Origin: the human T2T-CHM13v2.0 reference genome, Homo sapiens
Assembly (NCBI RefSeq): GCF_009914755.1
Contig: NC_060931.1
DNA length: 64,000 nucleotides
Strand: one strand, 5' to 3'
Positions 1 to 20,426 of this stretch are shown in pieces; position 1 is the stretch's first letter; each line of letters opens with the position of its first letter. The notes beneath the pieces were generated by a model, which was not told the origin of the DNA, searched no databases, and saw nothing but the letters and a program-made list of their open reading frames with translations. The position numbers and the translations under genes are program-made.

Positions 1-479
1 AGTTAAAAGCATTGGAATCCTTCACGTATGTTGCAAGAGGAAGCTTAATTTATTTTTGTGAAGTTAGAGTACATTTCCTCACCCATACCCACAGACACCT
101 ACAAGAGAACTTGGAAAATAAGGAGCTGGCGTCTGCCTCTACTCAGCCACCTGAATAAAAAGCCCACATGTAACCAGTCATGGTGTCAACACCCGAAGTT
201 GTTGTAAAAGCCCATATGCATTTAGCCATGGTGTTAGCACTCAGAGTAAGAAGGTGAGCTTCAGCAGTAGGCCTTTGTAAGGAGAAGGCTACATTTCATC
301 TCAGAAAAGCTACCACCAATGCGCTTACCCTCTCTAAAGAAACTCAGAAGAACTTGAAGCCTAATAAATATGTGCCACTTTTTCTCACTGTCTGGACATT
401 AACCATCAAAACACCTTTAAAATGACAGGGAGCCGTAATATATTATTTTGTCTTAAAGAAAGAATGAATTTAGGACTAG

Positions 480-600
480 TCATATTCTTCCTGTAGCTAG
501 TGTTGTGTCCATGGATCCATCACCTCTGCCTCTGAGCTTCAGTTTCCTCCTCTGAAGACTGAGAAGCTGAATATGAGGCTAAGATTCTTTCTAGCTCAAA
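480..600 (+). mobile_element. MIR SINE fragment
   Basis: Degenerate MIR core (cctctgagcttcagtttcctcctctgaag). Confidence 0.55.
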
Positions 601-624
601 TTTTCTGTGTTCCAAAAACATGAT

Positions 625-790
625 GCATTACTTGAGCTCTTCCTATGTGCCTGGCACTATTCTAGGTGATTATAAATGTACAGTATGTCCTTTAATCTCC
701 AACAACAATGCATCCTTTTCATCCCTGTTTTATGAAAAAGGAAACAGATCCACAAAGAGGCCAAGCTAGGGAGGAACCGAGTCAGATGTC
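625..790 (-). mobile_element. MIR SINE fragment
   Basis: Reverse-oriented MIR (ttacttgagc..tatgtgcctggcact...atccctgttttatgaaaaaggaaacag). Confidence 0.55.
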
Positions 791-1262
791 TGTATCCTGA
801 AAGTAACTCTGAGCCTGATCCGCTCAGGCACTGGAAGCTTCCCTACATCCCCTTTCTCCAATTTCTTCAACACAACCTGAGCAGACGCTTGCATGTGCAG
901 TTCTTTTCATCTTTCCCCTGACATCACCCCAATCACCTAAGTTACTTGTCTCTGAATTGCCTTCAATTTGTCTTCATCTTTCTAGAACAGAAGAGATGAT
1001 GGCAATGCACCTTGCAGGTGCAGTTTCCTTGGGGACCCCTGAACAAGGAGGTAAACTTCATCTGTTGAAGTCTCCTATAGAAGAGTAGAGAGTCTGTCTG
1101 GATGGTGCTGCCTAAGAGGCAAGAAACCACAGGACCCAAAAATAGCCATGGAGCACCACTTGGGATAAGTGCCCAATAAATGAAGGGGTAGGGAAATAGA
1201 GCCCAGGGAAAAAGGTTAAAGAAATTGGAATTTGCTCACATAAACATAGTAAAACTGATCAA

Positions 1263-1605
1263 TATTGGGAGACACTTCTCCATGGGACTCAGCTTTTTGC
1301 ATGTCTTGAAAGCAAGGTGTTATTTTATGTTCTAGATTACCTTTTCAAGAGTATTTGTATAGCAAACATCCCTGGAAGATAAGATGGGGTCTCACTCCAG
1401 AGTGAAGAACAGGAATGTTTACTGCCCATTAGAAAAGATTTGGATTCTCTAAGCTCGGGGTTTCTCTCTTACAATAAAACTTGCTCTGTGTACAGGTTGT
1501 TATCTGGCCATCTTCATTCCCACCTTGTGGGAACTGGGTCCAGGGAACCAACACAAATAAGCTGACAACTTGGCTACTGCTTTTGCTGTGAGTAATAAAG
1601 TCTTT
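1263..1605 (+). mobile_element. LTR40-like ERVL solo LTR, 5' part (split by L1 insertion at its polyA signal)
   Basis: Begins tattgggagacacttctccatggg, like the remembered LTR40 start TGTTGGGAGACAATTCTCCATGGG; continues in register at 4854 after the L1. Confidence 0.7.
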
Positions 1606-1645
1606 TTTTTTTTTGCGGGGGGGCAGGACTTAATAAATTTACTTA

Positions 1646-4975
<3,330 letters not shown>

Positions 4976-5904
4976 TTAATAGACTTGAGAACAAATTTCA
5001 ATAAAAATAATAGTATATCTTCAAAGAGAGGTCAATAAACTTTTTTTCTTGCTTCCTGGAAACTCAAGAATATCCTCTTCTACAGTCTAAAATGAGATGT
5101 GGATCCAGGCCTCTGGATTGCTAAATTTGCTAATACTTATGTAGCTTGCCAAGGGCTATTTTGGAATCTCCTATCCCAGAATATTTTAAAATATAATCTA
5201 GATACCTATCCATGTGATATAGATCAGGCCTAGACACACTTGAATGATAAGGCAAAGGCAAGCACTAGCAATGCTATAATGTCTTAAAAAGCAATTCTGT
5301 TCATGCACAGGCCCTTAGCTTGGTTCTTTTTTCACATGAAATATCCACAACCCATGAGGCTTTCTCCAATGAATTAGCTCAAAGTTGGTCAACCCTAGTC
5401 AAAGTCTTGATGGTTCCCATGACCCAGTTAGTCCCCTTTTTAAGAAGTGAATAAGCCTTTTTAGGAAGTGAATCCTACCTTTAGCTTAAGGCCTGCCTGG
5501 AGAAGCTGCTGATGGATTCGGAAGATCACCAGGATAGGGACTAGATGGTGCCAATCTCCAGGACCTAGAAGCTTGGGCTCCTGCCCCCCTCACTTCATGG
5601 TCCTTCCCTATTCTCTTCTCTTCTGTCTTCCCCAAAATGTCCTCATAGGCATGGCTTGAGGAATGACAAGTAAGGGATTGGGCAGCCCCAATGATTCATC
5701 ATTTCTCAGATGGTTAAGTGAATGATGGCATGGAGCTCTGAGCACTATGGTCTGACATGCTCATCTCCTTGCTCAACACAGCACTTCCAATGGCCGCTCC
5801 CCTATACACATCCTTTCTGATGATGACGTCAAAGGATTTCACATGAAACTTGCTACACATGTCTATATCATTAGCACTACTTTACCCTTGTACAGATCTT
5901 CACC

Positions 5905-6110
5905 TCTGGCAAAGCACTGTTAACTCATTTGATTCCAAAACCCTATAGTCATGGCAAATATTAAACCCATCTCACAGATAAAGAAATTGAAGCTTATAGA
6001 AGTTAAAAGTGTTGCTTGATGTCACAAGCTTGCTGTTATGTGGCATTGTTAAAACGGAAACTGAAACTGAAACCAAGATGCCTCATTCCAGGTCCATGAC
6101 CCTTTCTGTA
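5905..6110 (-). mobile_element. MIR SINE
   Basis: cccatctcacagataaagaaattgaagcttatagaagttaa...gtcaca reverse MIR core. Confidence 0.55.
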
Positions 6111-7364
6111 CAGTGCAGAGGGGGGATGCAGGCAGCAGCCAGGTATGTGATGGCCTCACTTTACAAAAAACAAGAATGATTTGTTCAAGGTCACATATCA
6201 TGTGAGCTACATTGATCCAGACACCAGGAAATTATAGAAGGATTCATCTGTGCTCAGTCTTTTGCAATTTTAGTAGTTGGCAGAATGTTCTCGGGGAAAA
6301 GGAGAGAGAAGGCAAATGATCTGGGGACACTGACAAAGCAGCTTGCCCTAACAGTCCTGAGCCACAATGCCCAGAGCATGGCGCTGAGACCAGGGACCAG
6401 AAATGCCACCCTCAGCCCTCTGGCCAGGCCTTGTTCCTGACTGTCCAGCCAAAGCTGGCTCAGCTGCCTGGAAATCTTATGGCTCTGAGAAATGGCCATG
6501 AGTCAACCTGGTCTCTCCCCTGCCTTTGCCTCTGGAGCTTGTTTCAGATGGTGGCACTGCCCAGCACTATCTGGCAAGCTGCAGGGCTCCATGCCTGCTC
6601 CAGCCTCCATCACTACAAGAAAGCTACATTTTCTCTGTTAGCTGGGGCAATTGGCTGAGCCTGGGGAGAAGGAGACAGGGAAATGAGCCTGCTACAGTGG
6701 ACACTCCACTTGCCAGGGCCCAAGGCATTAAAACATCCAACCATGTCAAATAATTCAAGGAGAAAATGTTTACAGACACAGAAAAACAGATTTTTTTATC
6801 CTTCTTCGAACCACTCCATCTCCTGTATCTAATGCACCATTTCCATAGCATTAACAGAGAAAAGGCAGTGGGAAATATTGGTTATTGGATTCTTTTGTTA
6901 GAAAAGGCTCGCTTGAAGCTGGCAGGTTTTATTATCTATCTGTGAGATGATCCTAGCCTTTAGATGGGTTTCTTTGCCTGCCGACTGACCAGATGGAGAG
7001 AAACTCTGGAAAACACAGTAGTTCTTGGATGATATGAAAAATCTGAAGCAACCTACTTCAAAGATGAGCTATGGGTACAGGAGAAAGACGGAAGTCAATT
7101 TCATGAAGAGCACCATGGATGGGTGCAGCAGCTTCTACAAGAACAAAAAGGAGATTGACACTCCCCAGCACATGTGGGCCTGACCACCCATGCCACACAC
7201 CTTGCACCAGCCCTCCGAGTCAATACCACCACCCTGTTTCCTGTCCATCACATTCTCTTGCTTATTTCATTGAAGCCTCATTTGGCCCAGGTGTCTTCAG
7301 CAGCACTGTCCTGGATCGCCAGTGTCCCTCACCCTCTAGTCATTCCTCTAGAAGGCTCTTCACT

Positions 7365-7545
7365 CAGAAATGTCAGAACTAGAGAGGACTTTAGAATTCC
7401 TTTGCTCCAGTTTCCTCACTTTATAGACAGGGAAGCTGAGAACCAGAGAAGTAAATCAACTTGTTCAAGGTTACCCAGCTAGAGTTGGGAGAATTATACC
7501 TAGAATTCATGCATCCTGGACACAAACCAATTATTCTTCCTACCA
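7365..7545 (-). mobile_element. MIR SINE
   Basis: ctttatagacagggaagctgag...acttgttcaaggttacccagct reverse MIR core. Confidence 0.6.
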
Positions 7546-8271
7546 CACCCCACCTCCTCTGGGCAGGCCTCCTTCCTGAAGCTGAAAGATGGGAACCAGA
7601 TGCTGAAAACCCACAGTCCCACTAAACCTCATCCCCTTTGCCCTGTCCTTAAGGAAAGAGAAAAATGAGTCAGGTTAATGTTTTTCCATTCCAGTACTCC
7701 AGAAAAAAAGCTGGGAAGACCAAGAACCCCTCTTTAAAGTTTTCATTTCAGCCCCCAGAACCACATGGGCTGTTAGAAATAGAAGTGGACCACCCACATT
7801 TTAAAAAAATCTTGCAGATAAATAGGGCAGTATCTGAAGGAAGTCACTTATGTGTAGAAGGGGTAATAAAGTCAAGTGGGAGAGTTGGTTAACAGGCATC
7901 CTTCTGATCCTTAAGTTACATGATGCTGGGACTCTTGGAATTGGGAAGATTTGGCCTGGAGAACATGAGGCTGAGGGAAATGAGACAAGACTTTCATAAC
8001 TGACTTCCAGTTTCAAAACAGTTATAGGCATAGACACCCCAAGGGAAGACAAACAAAAAAGACATAGGCTTTCGTTATATAAGGAAGATTCAGATCAGAC
8101 TGCCTGAGAACTTCCAAACTGTAAATGCAGCAGGCAGGAAATCAAGAAAGAACACAAGGCAGGGAAACCAAATGTCTTGACCTCAGAATCCTTCTTTCAG
8201 CCCCAGGGTGCTGGGAGGAGGTGGTCCCATGGGGACAGTGTTGATAATAAGAGGGGAAAATCATCAATGTG

Positions 8272-8686
8272 TGTATCAGGCCATTCTTGCCTTGCTATAA
8301 AGAGCTACCTGAGACTGGGTAATTTATAAAGAAAAGAGGTTTAATTGACTCACGGTTCTGCAGGCTGTACAGGGAGCATTACATAGGCATCTGCTTCTGG
8401 GGAGGCCTCAGGAAGCTTACAATCATGGCAGAAGGTGAAGGGGGAAGAGGTGTCTCCCATGGAAGGAGCAGGAGCAAGAGAGAGATGGAGGAGGCACTAC
8501 ACACTTTTAAAAATCATATCTTGCAAGATCACTCACTATCCCAAAAACAGTACCAAGAGGATGGCACTAAACAATTCATGAGAAACCACTCCCACGATCC
8601 AGTCACCTCCCACCAGCCCCACCTCCAACATTGGAGATTACAGTTGAACATGAGATTTGGTTGGGACACAGATCCAAACTATATCA
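8272..8686 (-). mobile_element. MST-type (MSTA/B) MaLR solo LTR
   Basis: TG...CA termini, canonical gagactgggtaatttataaagaaaagaggtttaattg; 5-bp TSD atgtg at 8267-8271 and 8687-8691. Confidence 0.9.
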
Positions 8687-9589
8687 ATGTGTTAAGATCA
8701 TTGTAAAGCTGATCCTGCATCCCTGCTCAACTGGTCACACTGGGACCCTGTCTCCCCCTGACCAAGCTTCTCCAGCTCCCTGGGAAAGATAAAAGATGGT
8801 CAGATAGTGCCATCTTCTCCAGCAAGTACAGCTTTGCCAGAGGGGAAGACAGGTTTAGCTCTCCCTCCTATCATGGACTCATTAAGTTATACATTTAATG
8901 GGGGTGAGTCTGTGTCAATAAGATCCGGGTTCTCAGCAGAAGGCTCAGGCACAGGCACGCTGGAGTGGCCTGTTTCCTGCACAGAGGGGCAATGTGAGCC
9001 CAGAAGAGCTGAGGGGTAAGGTAGGGGTGGGGAGTAGAGAAAATCCCAGCTGCAGTGTCCTCTCCTTTCCTCTTTTCTCTTGCTCTCTGCCTGCTCAGTG
9101 TCCACGCTAATGAAAATAGGCCTGCACAGCTTCTTCTGCAGCCCAAGAATTTGTTCAGAGCAATTTGGAGCCAATTGAATGAACAGGAATAAACAAGCAG
9201 ATATTGCAGTTTATGGCTGGCTGCTTCAAGGCCCCAGGTAGTGATAAGAGGCCGAGGTCCTTTTTATGCCCACAGCAAGAAGAGGGGTGGAATTTGGTCT
9301 TTTTAAGGGCAGTAAATAGGAGGCACAGTCACAAGGAATAGGGGGGGTAATTATGCTCTGTGCTAATACAGGGCTGTGGCCATGCCACCCAGACCTGAGA
9401 AATCATTAGGTGATTGAGTAAAAGGTTGAAACAGTGGGAGACAGTGATTGCTTTGTTAGGCCCATGGATAGACAGGGATGAAGTGTCCTCATGGGAGGGA
9501 AATCCAATTGCTACTTCTGGTCAACGTTGGCTGTTGCCTCTCTGTCCCAACACTTATTCAGTCTCCCTAGGCAGCAGAGAAAACAAGTA

Positions 9590-9636
<47 letters not shown>

Positions 9637-9644
9637 GAGAGAGA
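9590..9644. repeat. Compound microsatellite (CT)n(CA)n(GA)n
   Basis: Directly visible. Confidence 0.95.
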
Positions 9645-10169
9645 CATGTTTCCCTGAAATGGTACTTGCCCTCTGACCCCCGCTTCCTCTACCGCCACTG
9701 CTGGGAAGCAAACAGTGATGCTGAAGGTTTCCTTGGAGTTTTTTCTCCTCCCCTGTACAAGGAGGAAGAATGGGTTTGCCTTGGTGTCTGCATGACCTGT
9801 CACCAGCTCTTCCTTGTGAGCCAATGACAGTAATTTCCAAGATGACTGCCGAGGATCACAGGAATATCTGTGGCTTTGGAATAGAAGGTTCCTCTAAGCC
9901 AAGTAAATAGCTCTTTTTAGGGCTGGAGTCACAGTCTTGGACTCAGAACTAGAGACAGTGTTGAACAGATATTGTTGACCTTGACCAAGCATCTATACCT
10001 TAGTGAAGTATCTTAGGTAGAGACGCCCAGAATCAGCACAAAGAAGAAGAAACAACATCTTTACTAGGACATCCTACATCCTTAGGCATTTTCTCCCCCT
10101 CCACTACTCTGAGAATAAAATCTAAGATGTTGTTTTCCTTCAAACCCTACCACACACATACTTTGTTCT

Positions 10170-10930
10170 GCTTTGTAGCTGTAGCACTGAAGCTATAAAA
10201 ATGAATAAGATTTTGTTCCTGCTCTCAAGAAACAAAAGTCTTACTGTGGAGATAAATAGGTAAACAGATTATTTCTACCTATAACACAGAAGATTCCATG
10301 TTGGAAATGGGTACAAGGTATTAGACGAGCCAGAGTGGCTAATCCAGCCACATGGCATCACGTGAGCTGAGTTCTGAAAGATTAGGACCAGGAATTAGCC
10401 AAGAATAGGCAAACAGGACTGCACTCATTGTTTGAGGCAGAGAAAACAGCACAAGCCAAAGCGTGAAGGTAGAAAATTGTATGGCTTATTTGGAGAATTA
10501 CTGTTGGCCCAGTATTAGGAAAACATAAGGTGTGGTGCAGATAGATGGGCCAGATGAGATCAGCCGTTCCCAGACACCATGCTAGAAAATACAGGCTATT
10601 CAATAAATCATGAGTGCCAATGAAGGGCTTCAAACTAGTGTGGGAGGGGCGGGGAAGAGGGTGGATGTGGCCAGATTTGCATTTTTGGAGAAGGGGTTTG
10701 AGGGAGCCTGGGAACAAGGAGACCACTTAGGAAGTTGTGATTAAAAAAAAAAAAAAGCCCAGTCCAGATGAGATGAGACATAATGAAGGTCTGACCTAGG
10801 GCAGTTGACTTTAGAGTGTAGAAAAGCGAAAGGTTTTAGGGAATTCTTAGGAGAATGAGTTGGTGCTTGATTGGATGTGGATTATGACAAAGTCCCAAAA
10901 GTGAGGCTGATGGCCAGATTTCAGGCCTAG
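10170..10930 (-). mobile_element. L2 LINE fragment
   Basis: Degenerate reverse L2 motifs (gagctgagttctgaaag..ggaattagccaag..cagagaaaacagc, ggccagatttgcattttt, ttgattggatgtgg). Confidence 0.65.
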
Positions 10931-12900
10931 ATGAGCCTGGGTGGGACTGACCAGGAGGATGACAAAGGCTTGGGAGAGGAAGAGATGCTTCCACTTATCA
11001 GGTGAAGCCCAAGAACTTGGGGGGGTATCCTGGTGGAGAAATTTCCAGGAAACGTTGAGTCCATGTCACAGCCCCCTGCCACTGTGCAGCTTGGTGGCTT
11101 AGAGGAAGGCATTTCGTCTCTCTGGGCTTCAGTGCCTGATCTGTAAACTGCAATACTCACTCTCCCCAACTCACCTTCTGTAAATAGATTGCAAAGACCA
11201 AATATGAAAATGTATTTCAAGCACTTCGGAAATAAAGCTGCTGTATAAACACAATGGATTTAAACAGTTTCTGTATTGGGCATTCTCAGGTTTCCTATTG
11301 CAATGAAATGATTTAAAAGGATGAACTCACTTTGTGATAGGTCTGCTCTTTTGACTTTTAAGAGGTGTTTGAAAGATATATGAGTCGACAAGTGTGATTT
11401 GCTTGACTTTAACTCTTTTCCTCTTCGGTGCGGCGGAGAGGCAGGGATGCATTTCACAGAGCACATGAGCAACTCGGAGGGACCTGGGAAGCCATGTGGC
11501 TGATGCCTTGCTTTACAGAAGAGGACACCAGGCCCAGAGAGAGGAAGAGACTCCCTGGGACAGCATGCGCAGCCAGTGGCAAAGCCAGGACCCACATGCC
11601 GATCCCCCCTTCCCCGCAGCCCTCCCTGTGTGGCAGGGTTGGTACCGATGCGATACCACAGCCACAGCCCTCCCAACATCAACCCACTGGGCCGCCTGTG
11701 GGCCTCTGCTCTTCAAAGGAAGAAAGAGCTATTTGGGATAATGGTCGCAGAGCCCTCTGAAGTTCCAAAGAGTTGGAAAAAATACATCTATAAGACCCAT
11801 ATTAATGAGTCTCTCCCTGTTCATTTCAAGCCCAGAACATTTTTTGGATTTAAATAATGCACGACTGAATATGGATGGGATCAGTGACTCAGAGCAGCGG
11901 GGCGGAGATGTGGGATTGTTAATAAATTATAGCCCTTGGGCCAGAGTGGGGTGTAAAAGGAAACAGAAGAAGGACAGAAGACAAGATAAATGAGCCTTCA
12001 GATGGGAAGGGATAGGGCTGGGAGCAGGAAGAGGCTGCCCTGGACATGGGCAGAGCCTACAGCTCCTATCCCGGTGTGAGCCGGGACAGGATGACCAGAT
12101 GGCACCAAGAAGGGTAAGGGGAGGAACTGGGCATGCCCAAGATGTTCAGACCTCCAGGACCTGATCCAATGTGAGGATGTATGGACCCTTCAGTCATCTA
12201 TAGGGAGCCCACACGCAGGAAGTTCCCTGAGGCTGATCCATGAAGCTCAGCTCCTGGGAGATGGTTTTCCCTAAAGGGACTGTGGGGTGATATGCATGTG
12301 CAAAGCAGCACACACCACGTGGGCCTCTTGGCACACTCATATTTAAAGGATCAGAGAATTCCTGCTGTATCAACCTGGCTTGCGCCACTTCCCAAAGCTA
12401 CCTGACCACAGAACCACTTCCTCACAGACCTGGCCTTGGAAGATACAGCTGGGGACCATACCCTGGCCCTCCTTCCTGTCCTCAGGTGGCAGCTGCTCCT
12501 GAAATGACATCATGTTTTCCTCTTCTATGGTAGCTCTAGGTACTGGGGTTCCAGGAGCCTTACTAAGTACTTAAGCAGTTCAACTTGTTTGGTATAAACT
12601 TGGGCCACCCCAAGCACCCAAAGTGAAAAGTCTAGATTTCTGGTGAGGATGCAGATGTGAATTCCATTTAACCCAATGCAGCAAGTATGTCCTGAATACT
12701 AAGTACTCAGCCCTGTTGTGAATACAAGACAAATACAGTCTCTGCTGCGACCACAATCTAGAAGAAGGGGCAAGACTTCTCCTTTGGGGGATTCAAGAGG
12801 CAGGTTCTATAGATGTTTTAAAAAAGGGTGAGAGAAGTCAGGAAGACTTTTTTTTATTGTGCCAAAATAAGCATACCATAAAATGTATGATCTTAACCAA

Positions 12901-16720
<3,820 letters not shown>

Positions 16721-18094
16721 TATCTTTCCTGCAGAAGGCAGGAGGCAAGTTTTCCAAGAGGAGGAGAGAGAAGATGATAATTCAGGTGTGGATAATCAAG
16801 GGTGGGGACCCAAGCTCGACAGCTTTGTACAGGATCCTCTCAGGCACATGGAAATGAACTGGCTGAGGGGATGCCCATGCATAGCTGTGTGACAGTGTCC
16901 ACTGAATCCTCGGCCTGCAGGGGACTGAGGAGGTGGCAGAGCCTCCGGCCTGGCGAGGACATGGAGTAATCCCTCTGCATTGCTCAAAAAAAAAAAAAAA
17001 AAAAAAACTAGTTATAGGTAGATGGACAGCCCTCCCTCCTGCTCCTGGGAGTCTCTGATTCTGAGGTAGGTTCTGGAAGAATTGCTCAATTGAGAGTAAT
17101 CAGGACACGTTTATACAGAAGATGGAATGACCCCATATTCAGGGTGATTCCCAGCAATCATAATGCCTTCTCAAAATCTGCCCCCTGATGGAAGTCATCC
17201 CACTTGTTAACCAAATAACACAGCCATCAGGGCCCAGGCTCTTTCCCTCAGATCATTCTCCCAGTGAGGTCCTGGAAATCTGTGTGTCACAGAGAGGACT
17301 AGCTGCTCTTTCCTGAAGGCATTTAAAATGCAACTTTACCACAACCTTCATGACCCTGCTCATGGCCCAGGCCAGGTGACCCAGGGACTTTCTCCATCTT
17401 CCCTTTGGGGAGCAGGGCTCTGGCCCCATAGGCCTGTCTCCTGCTTCCCTCTTCACTGAACAATGGCCCTCTCATTAGTGGGCCGCCTTCCCTGTCCATG
17501 GGCCTTTATTACAGTAACTATGGAGTCAGCCACTGCACTTCTGACAAGACGGAAAAGAGCAATTAGGGGCTTTAGTCTCTGCCTTGCGGCCTGGCTGACA
17601 TCATCCTCCCTTCCTCCACCTCCCCACTCATCATTAACCCCCTTCTCTCCCTGCTGCCTCCTGGTCAGGAAGTCAAGCTAGGGATGCACAGAGGAAGGAA
17701 TAATGAGTAGCAGCCCCCACATTCAAAGAGGCCAGGGCCCTGGGGATACTGGAAGAGGGAGGAAATGCCAGGCAGCCCAGCATCCACAGAGGCCCGGGTA
17801 ATCGCTGAGGTCACTGGGGCAGCTCACTACCCCTCCTCTGCCAGACCTGGCTCCATAGCCATCACTCACCTGGATTCCAGCACATTAGAAGCCTGCAGGG
17901 TTGGGGCCAGTGGCCACTGCTGCTCTCTGACCCATCCCCACCACACATCCCACTGTGACCCATCCAGCCTTGTCCCAGGCATGGCCAAGCACTGAGAAGG
18001 CAGGAGGCAAGGTGAAAACCCAATGGATGATGGCCATTCCCAGGGCACCAAAATAATCACCGGATCTTAGAGGATGTCAGGAATTCTTCAAGCC

Positions 18095-18490
18095 TTTCTT
18101 GAGTGCCTACTGTGTGCTAGGAACTGAGGACAGGATAGAATAAAGGCAGACCCTTAGGGAATTTCCCTGTCCTCAGGGAAATTCAGACAGACATTGAGCC
18201 AGGCAGCAGGAGGAGCATGCTGCATGCTCCACGGACAGCATAGGCAGTATGCCAGGACAGCCTTTAAGAGGGGCATCTAACCTAGTGTTGAGCATCAGGA
18301 AAAGCTTCCTGAAGAAAGTAAAGTTTTGGTTAAAGCCAGAAAGATAAGCAGAAGTTAACTATGGGAAGTGGGTGGTGGGGTTGGTGTGTGAAAAGGCCTT
18401 ACCACGGGAAAGAAGATGGCCTGTTTGAAGAGATCCCAGGGCCCAGTGTGGCTGGAATGTAGCCAGTGAGGCCAGAGATGAAGGCATAGA
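18095..18490 (-). mobile_element. L2 LINE fragment
   Basis: ttgagtgcctactgtgtgctaggaactg...caggaaaagcttcctgaagaaagta...gtgtggctggaatgtag. Confidence 0.65.
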
Positions 18491-18694
18491 GGCTATGCCA
18501 CCCAAGCCTGACCTCCCCCACCCCATCCATCTCCCAGGCACTGATGGAGAAGCCCCTTGTGGGAAATCCCAGGAGACTGTTATCCAGTCTCTGCCAAAAC
18601 ACTTCTAGTGGAGGAAGCACAAGGTGGTCCATTTATGTTTAGCTGCAGTTGTTAGAAATGTCTTCCTCAAGCTAAGGTGAAATCTGCATCGGGG

Positions 18695-18900
18695 TGGTGA
18701 ACGGGAAAGAACCTGGGGCTTTTAATTTAGACAGACAGGATTTGGAGCCTTTCTCAGCCACTTGCCAGCTCTATGAGCATGTCCACATGACATGAGCTTC
18801 TCTGAGCCTTTGTTTTCTCATCTGCAAAATAAGGAAGTCATATTTACCTTCTAGAGCTGTTGTGAGGACTCACGGAAAGAGCAAGAATACAGTGCCTAGC
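18695..18900 (+). mobile_element. MIR SINE
   Basis: ctctgagcctttgttttctcatctgcaaaataagg...gttgtgaggact. Confidence 0.65.
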
Positions 18901-19249
18901 CTAAATGTCGGCAGTGCCTAGACCAAAGCTCAGCCCTCTTTTCTCAGCCATCAGTCCTCTCTGTCCCTCTGAAGTATATAGCATTTGTTAGAAGAGATGA
19001 CCCTTTATATTTCCAAAGCTTCCGTAAATCTCATTATTACTAGTTCCTTGGACCACTCCTCATATCACATGGTTTTCAAGCCCTTTACCATCTAGGTGTA
19101 GGTCCCAGGATAATTCTGTCCCTAACTGTCAGCTGCATGAGACATGAGGGCAGTGTTGGTCTGTCTCACTCATTGCTCCATCCCTAGCACTCAGCACAAT
19201 GCCCAGCACACAGGAAGCAATCAGAATATATTTGTTGAGTGGATGACTA

Positions 19250-19830
19250 TGGTCTGGGCATGATGCTTGTATTAATGCAGCCTATGTGTCCTTCATCTTT
19301 AAAGAGTCTGTGTCAGTATCTTGACTCATAACAGGCTAATAGACAATGAAAGCCCTAGGACTTTCATCCATGAGCTGCTATGGCATTAAGCTTCCCTCAT
19401 CCTGTCCTTATTCATCCTCATTTGGTTAGTTTTTGAACTAAAGGCAAGACTTTGATTTATCCCTCCTACATTTTATCTTGTTAGTTTCAGTCCATTGTTC
19501 TGGCCTGCCCAGACCTTTTTTGAATCTTCACTCTGTCATCCAACAAATTAGCTCTCCCATCTGGCTTTGCTTCATCTATCAATTTGTTAAGCATGCCTCT
19601 TATGTCTCCACATATCTGAGGATAAAATGTCAAAGAAGACAGACACATTGTATGGTTCTTTGGTGAAATGGACAAACCTCCTGTGACCTGACCCAGCACT
19701 AAGGACTTCCTGGTTGACACTGGCTTGTTAACCAACACATCTTGGGGACAGTTGTTCAACTAGTGAAGAAGCCATCATTCAGCCTACTCTACTCCATTTT
19801 GTCCACAACAATAGTGCAAGAGGCACCACA
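19250..19830 (-). mobile_element. L3/CR1 LINE fragment (RT region)
   Basis: Minus translation KLIDEAKPDGRANLLDDRVKIQK resembles the CR1 RT motif FADDTKLGG.AN.LEDR.KIQ.DL. Confidence 0.65.
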
Positions 19831-20426
19831 AATCCACGCCTCAAATAAAACCCTTGCTGCCTTAATAATTATCATGTACGAGGGGCCTACCAAGTGCCAC
19901 ACCTACCACACACCACCTCATTTAACCCTCCCAACAACACCACAGGCAGCTGCAGTGCAGGGAAGGGAGCAGGTAGGCAAGCCAGGCCGCTTGAGTTTTA
20001 GTACTGATGCTACACCTTCCTGCCTGGACAACGGTGGACAATGAATTGCCAGAGTGGGCCATTTGCTACAACAAATGATTTCAAAACCTAAGTGGCCAAA
20101 TACCATAAAGGCTTACTTCTTGTTCATGTCACAGTCCAATCCCACAGGTGACCTCCTATAGATGGTTTGGGGACTGAGGCTTCTCATCTAGTGGCTCCTT
20201 CTCAGAGGCCTCCACTGGGTCTTCTCCATTTAGCCTAAGTGCAAAGAGGTGGGGGAATTCCAAGGCAGGGGCAGTGACTTATGCCACTCTGCCCACATTC
20301 CATTGGCCAGGCTAGTCACATGACCCATCTCAGCACATGGGAGGCTGAGAAATGTGGAGAGTGTGGGTTGGGGAACACTCCTCACCTATGTCATTGACAT
20401 AATAACATTCCTTGCCTCATAATGTC

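Noticed and set aside
12092-12105. CTCF-like motif tgaccagatggcac (similar ones near 33690, 36465 and 44650)
   Set aside because: Partial matches are frequent by chance; needs PWM scoring or ChIP
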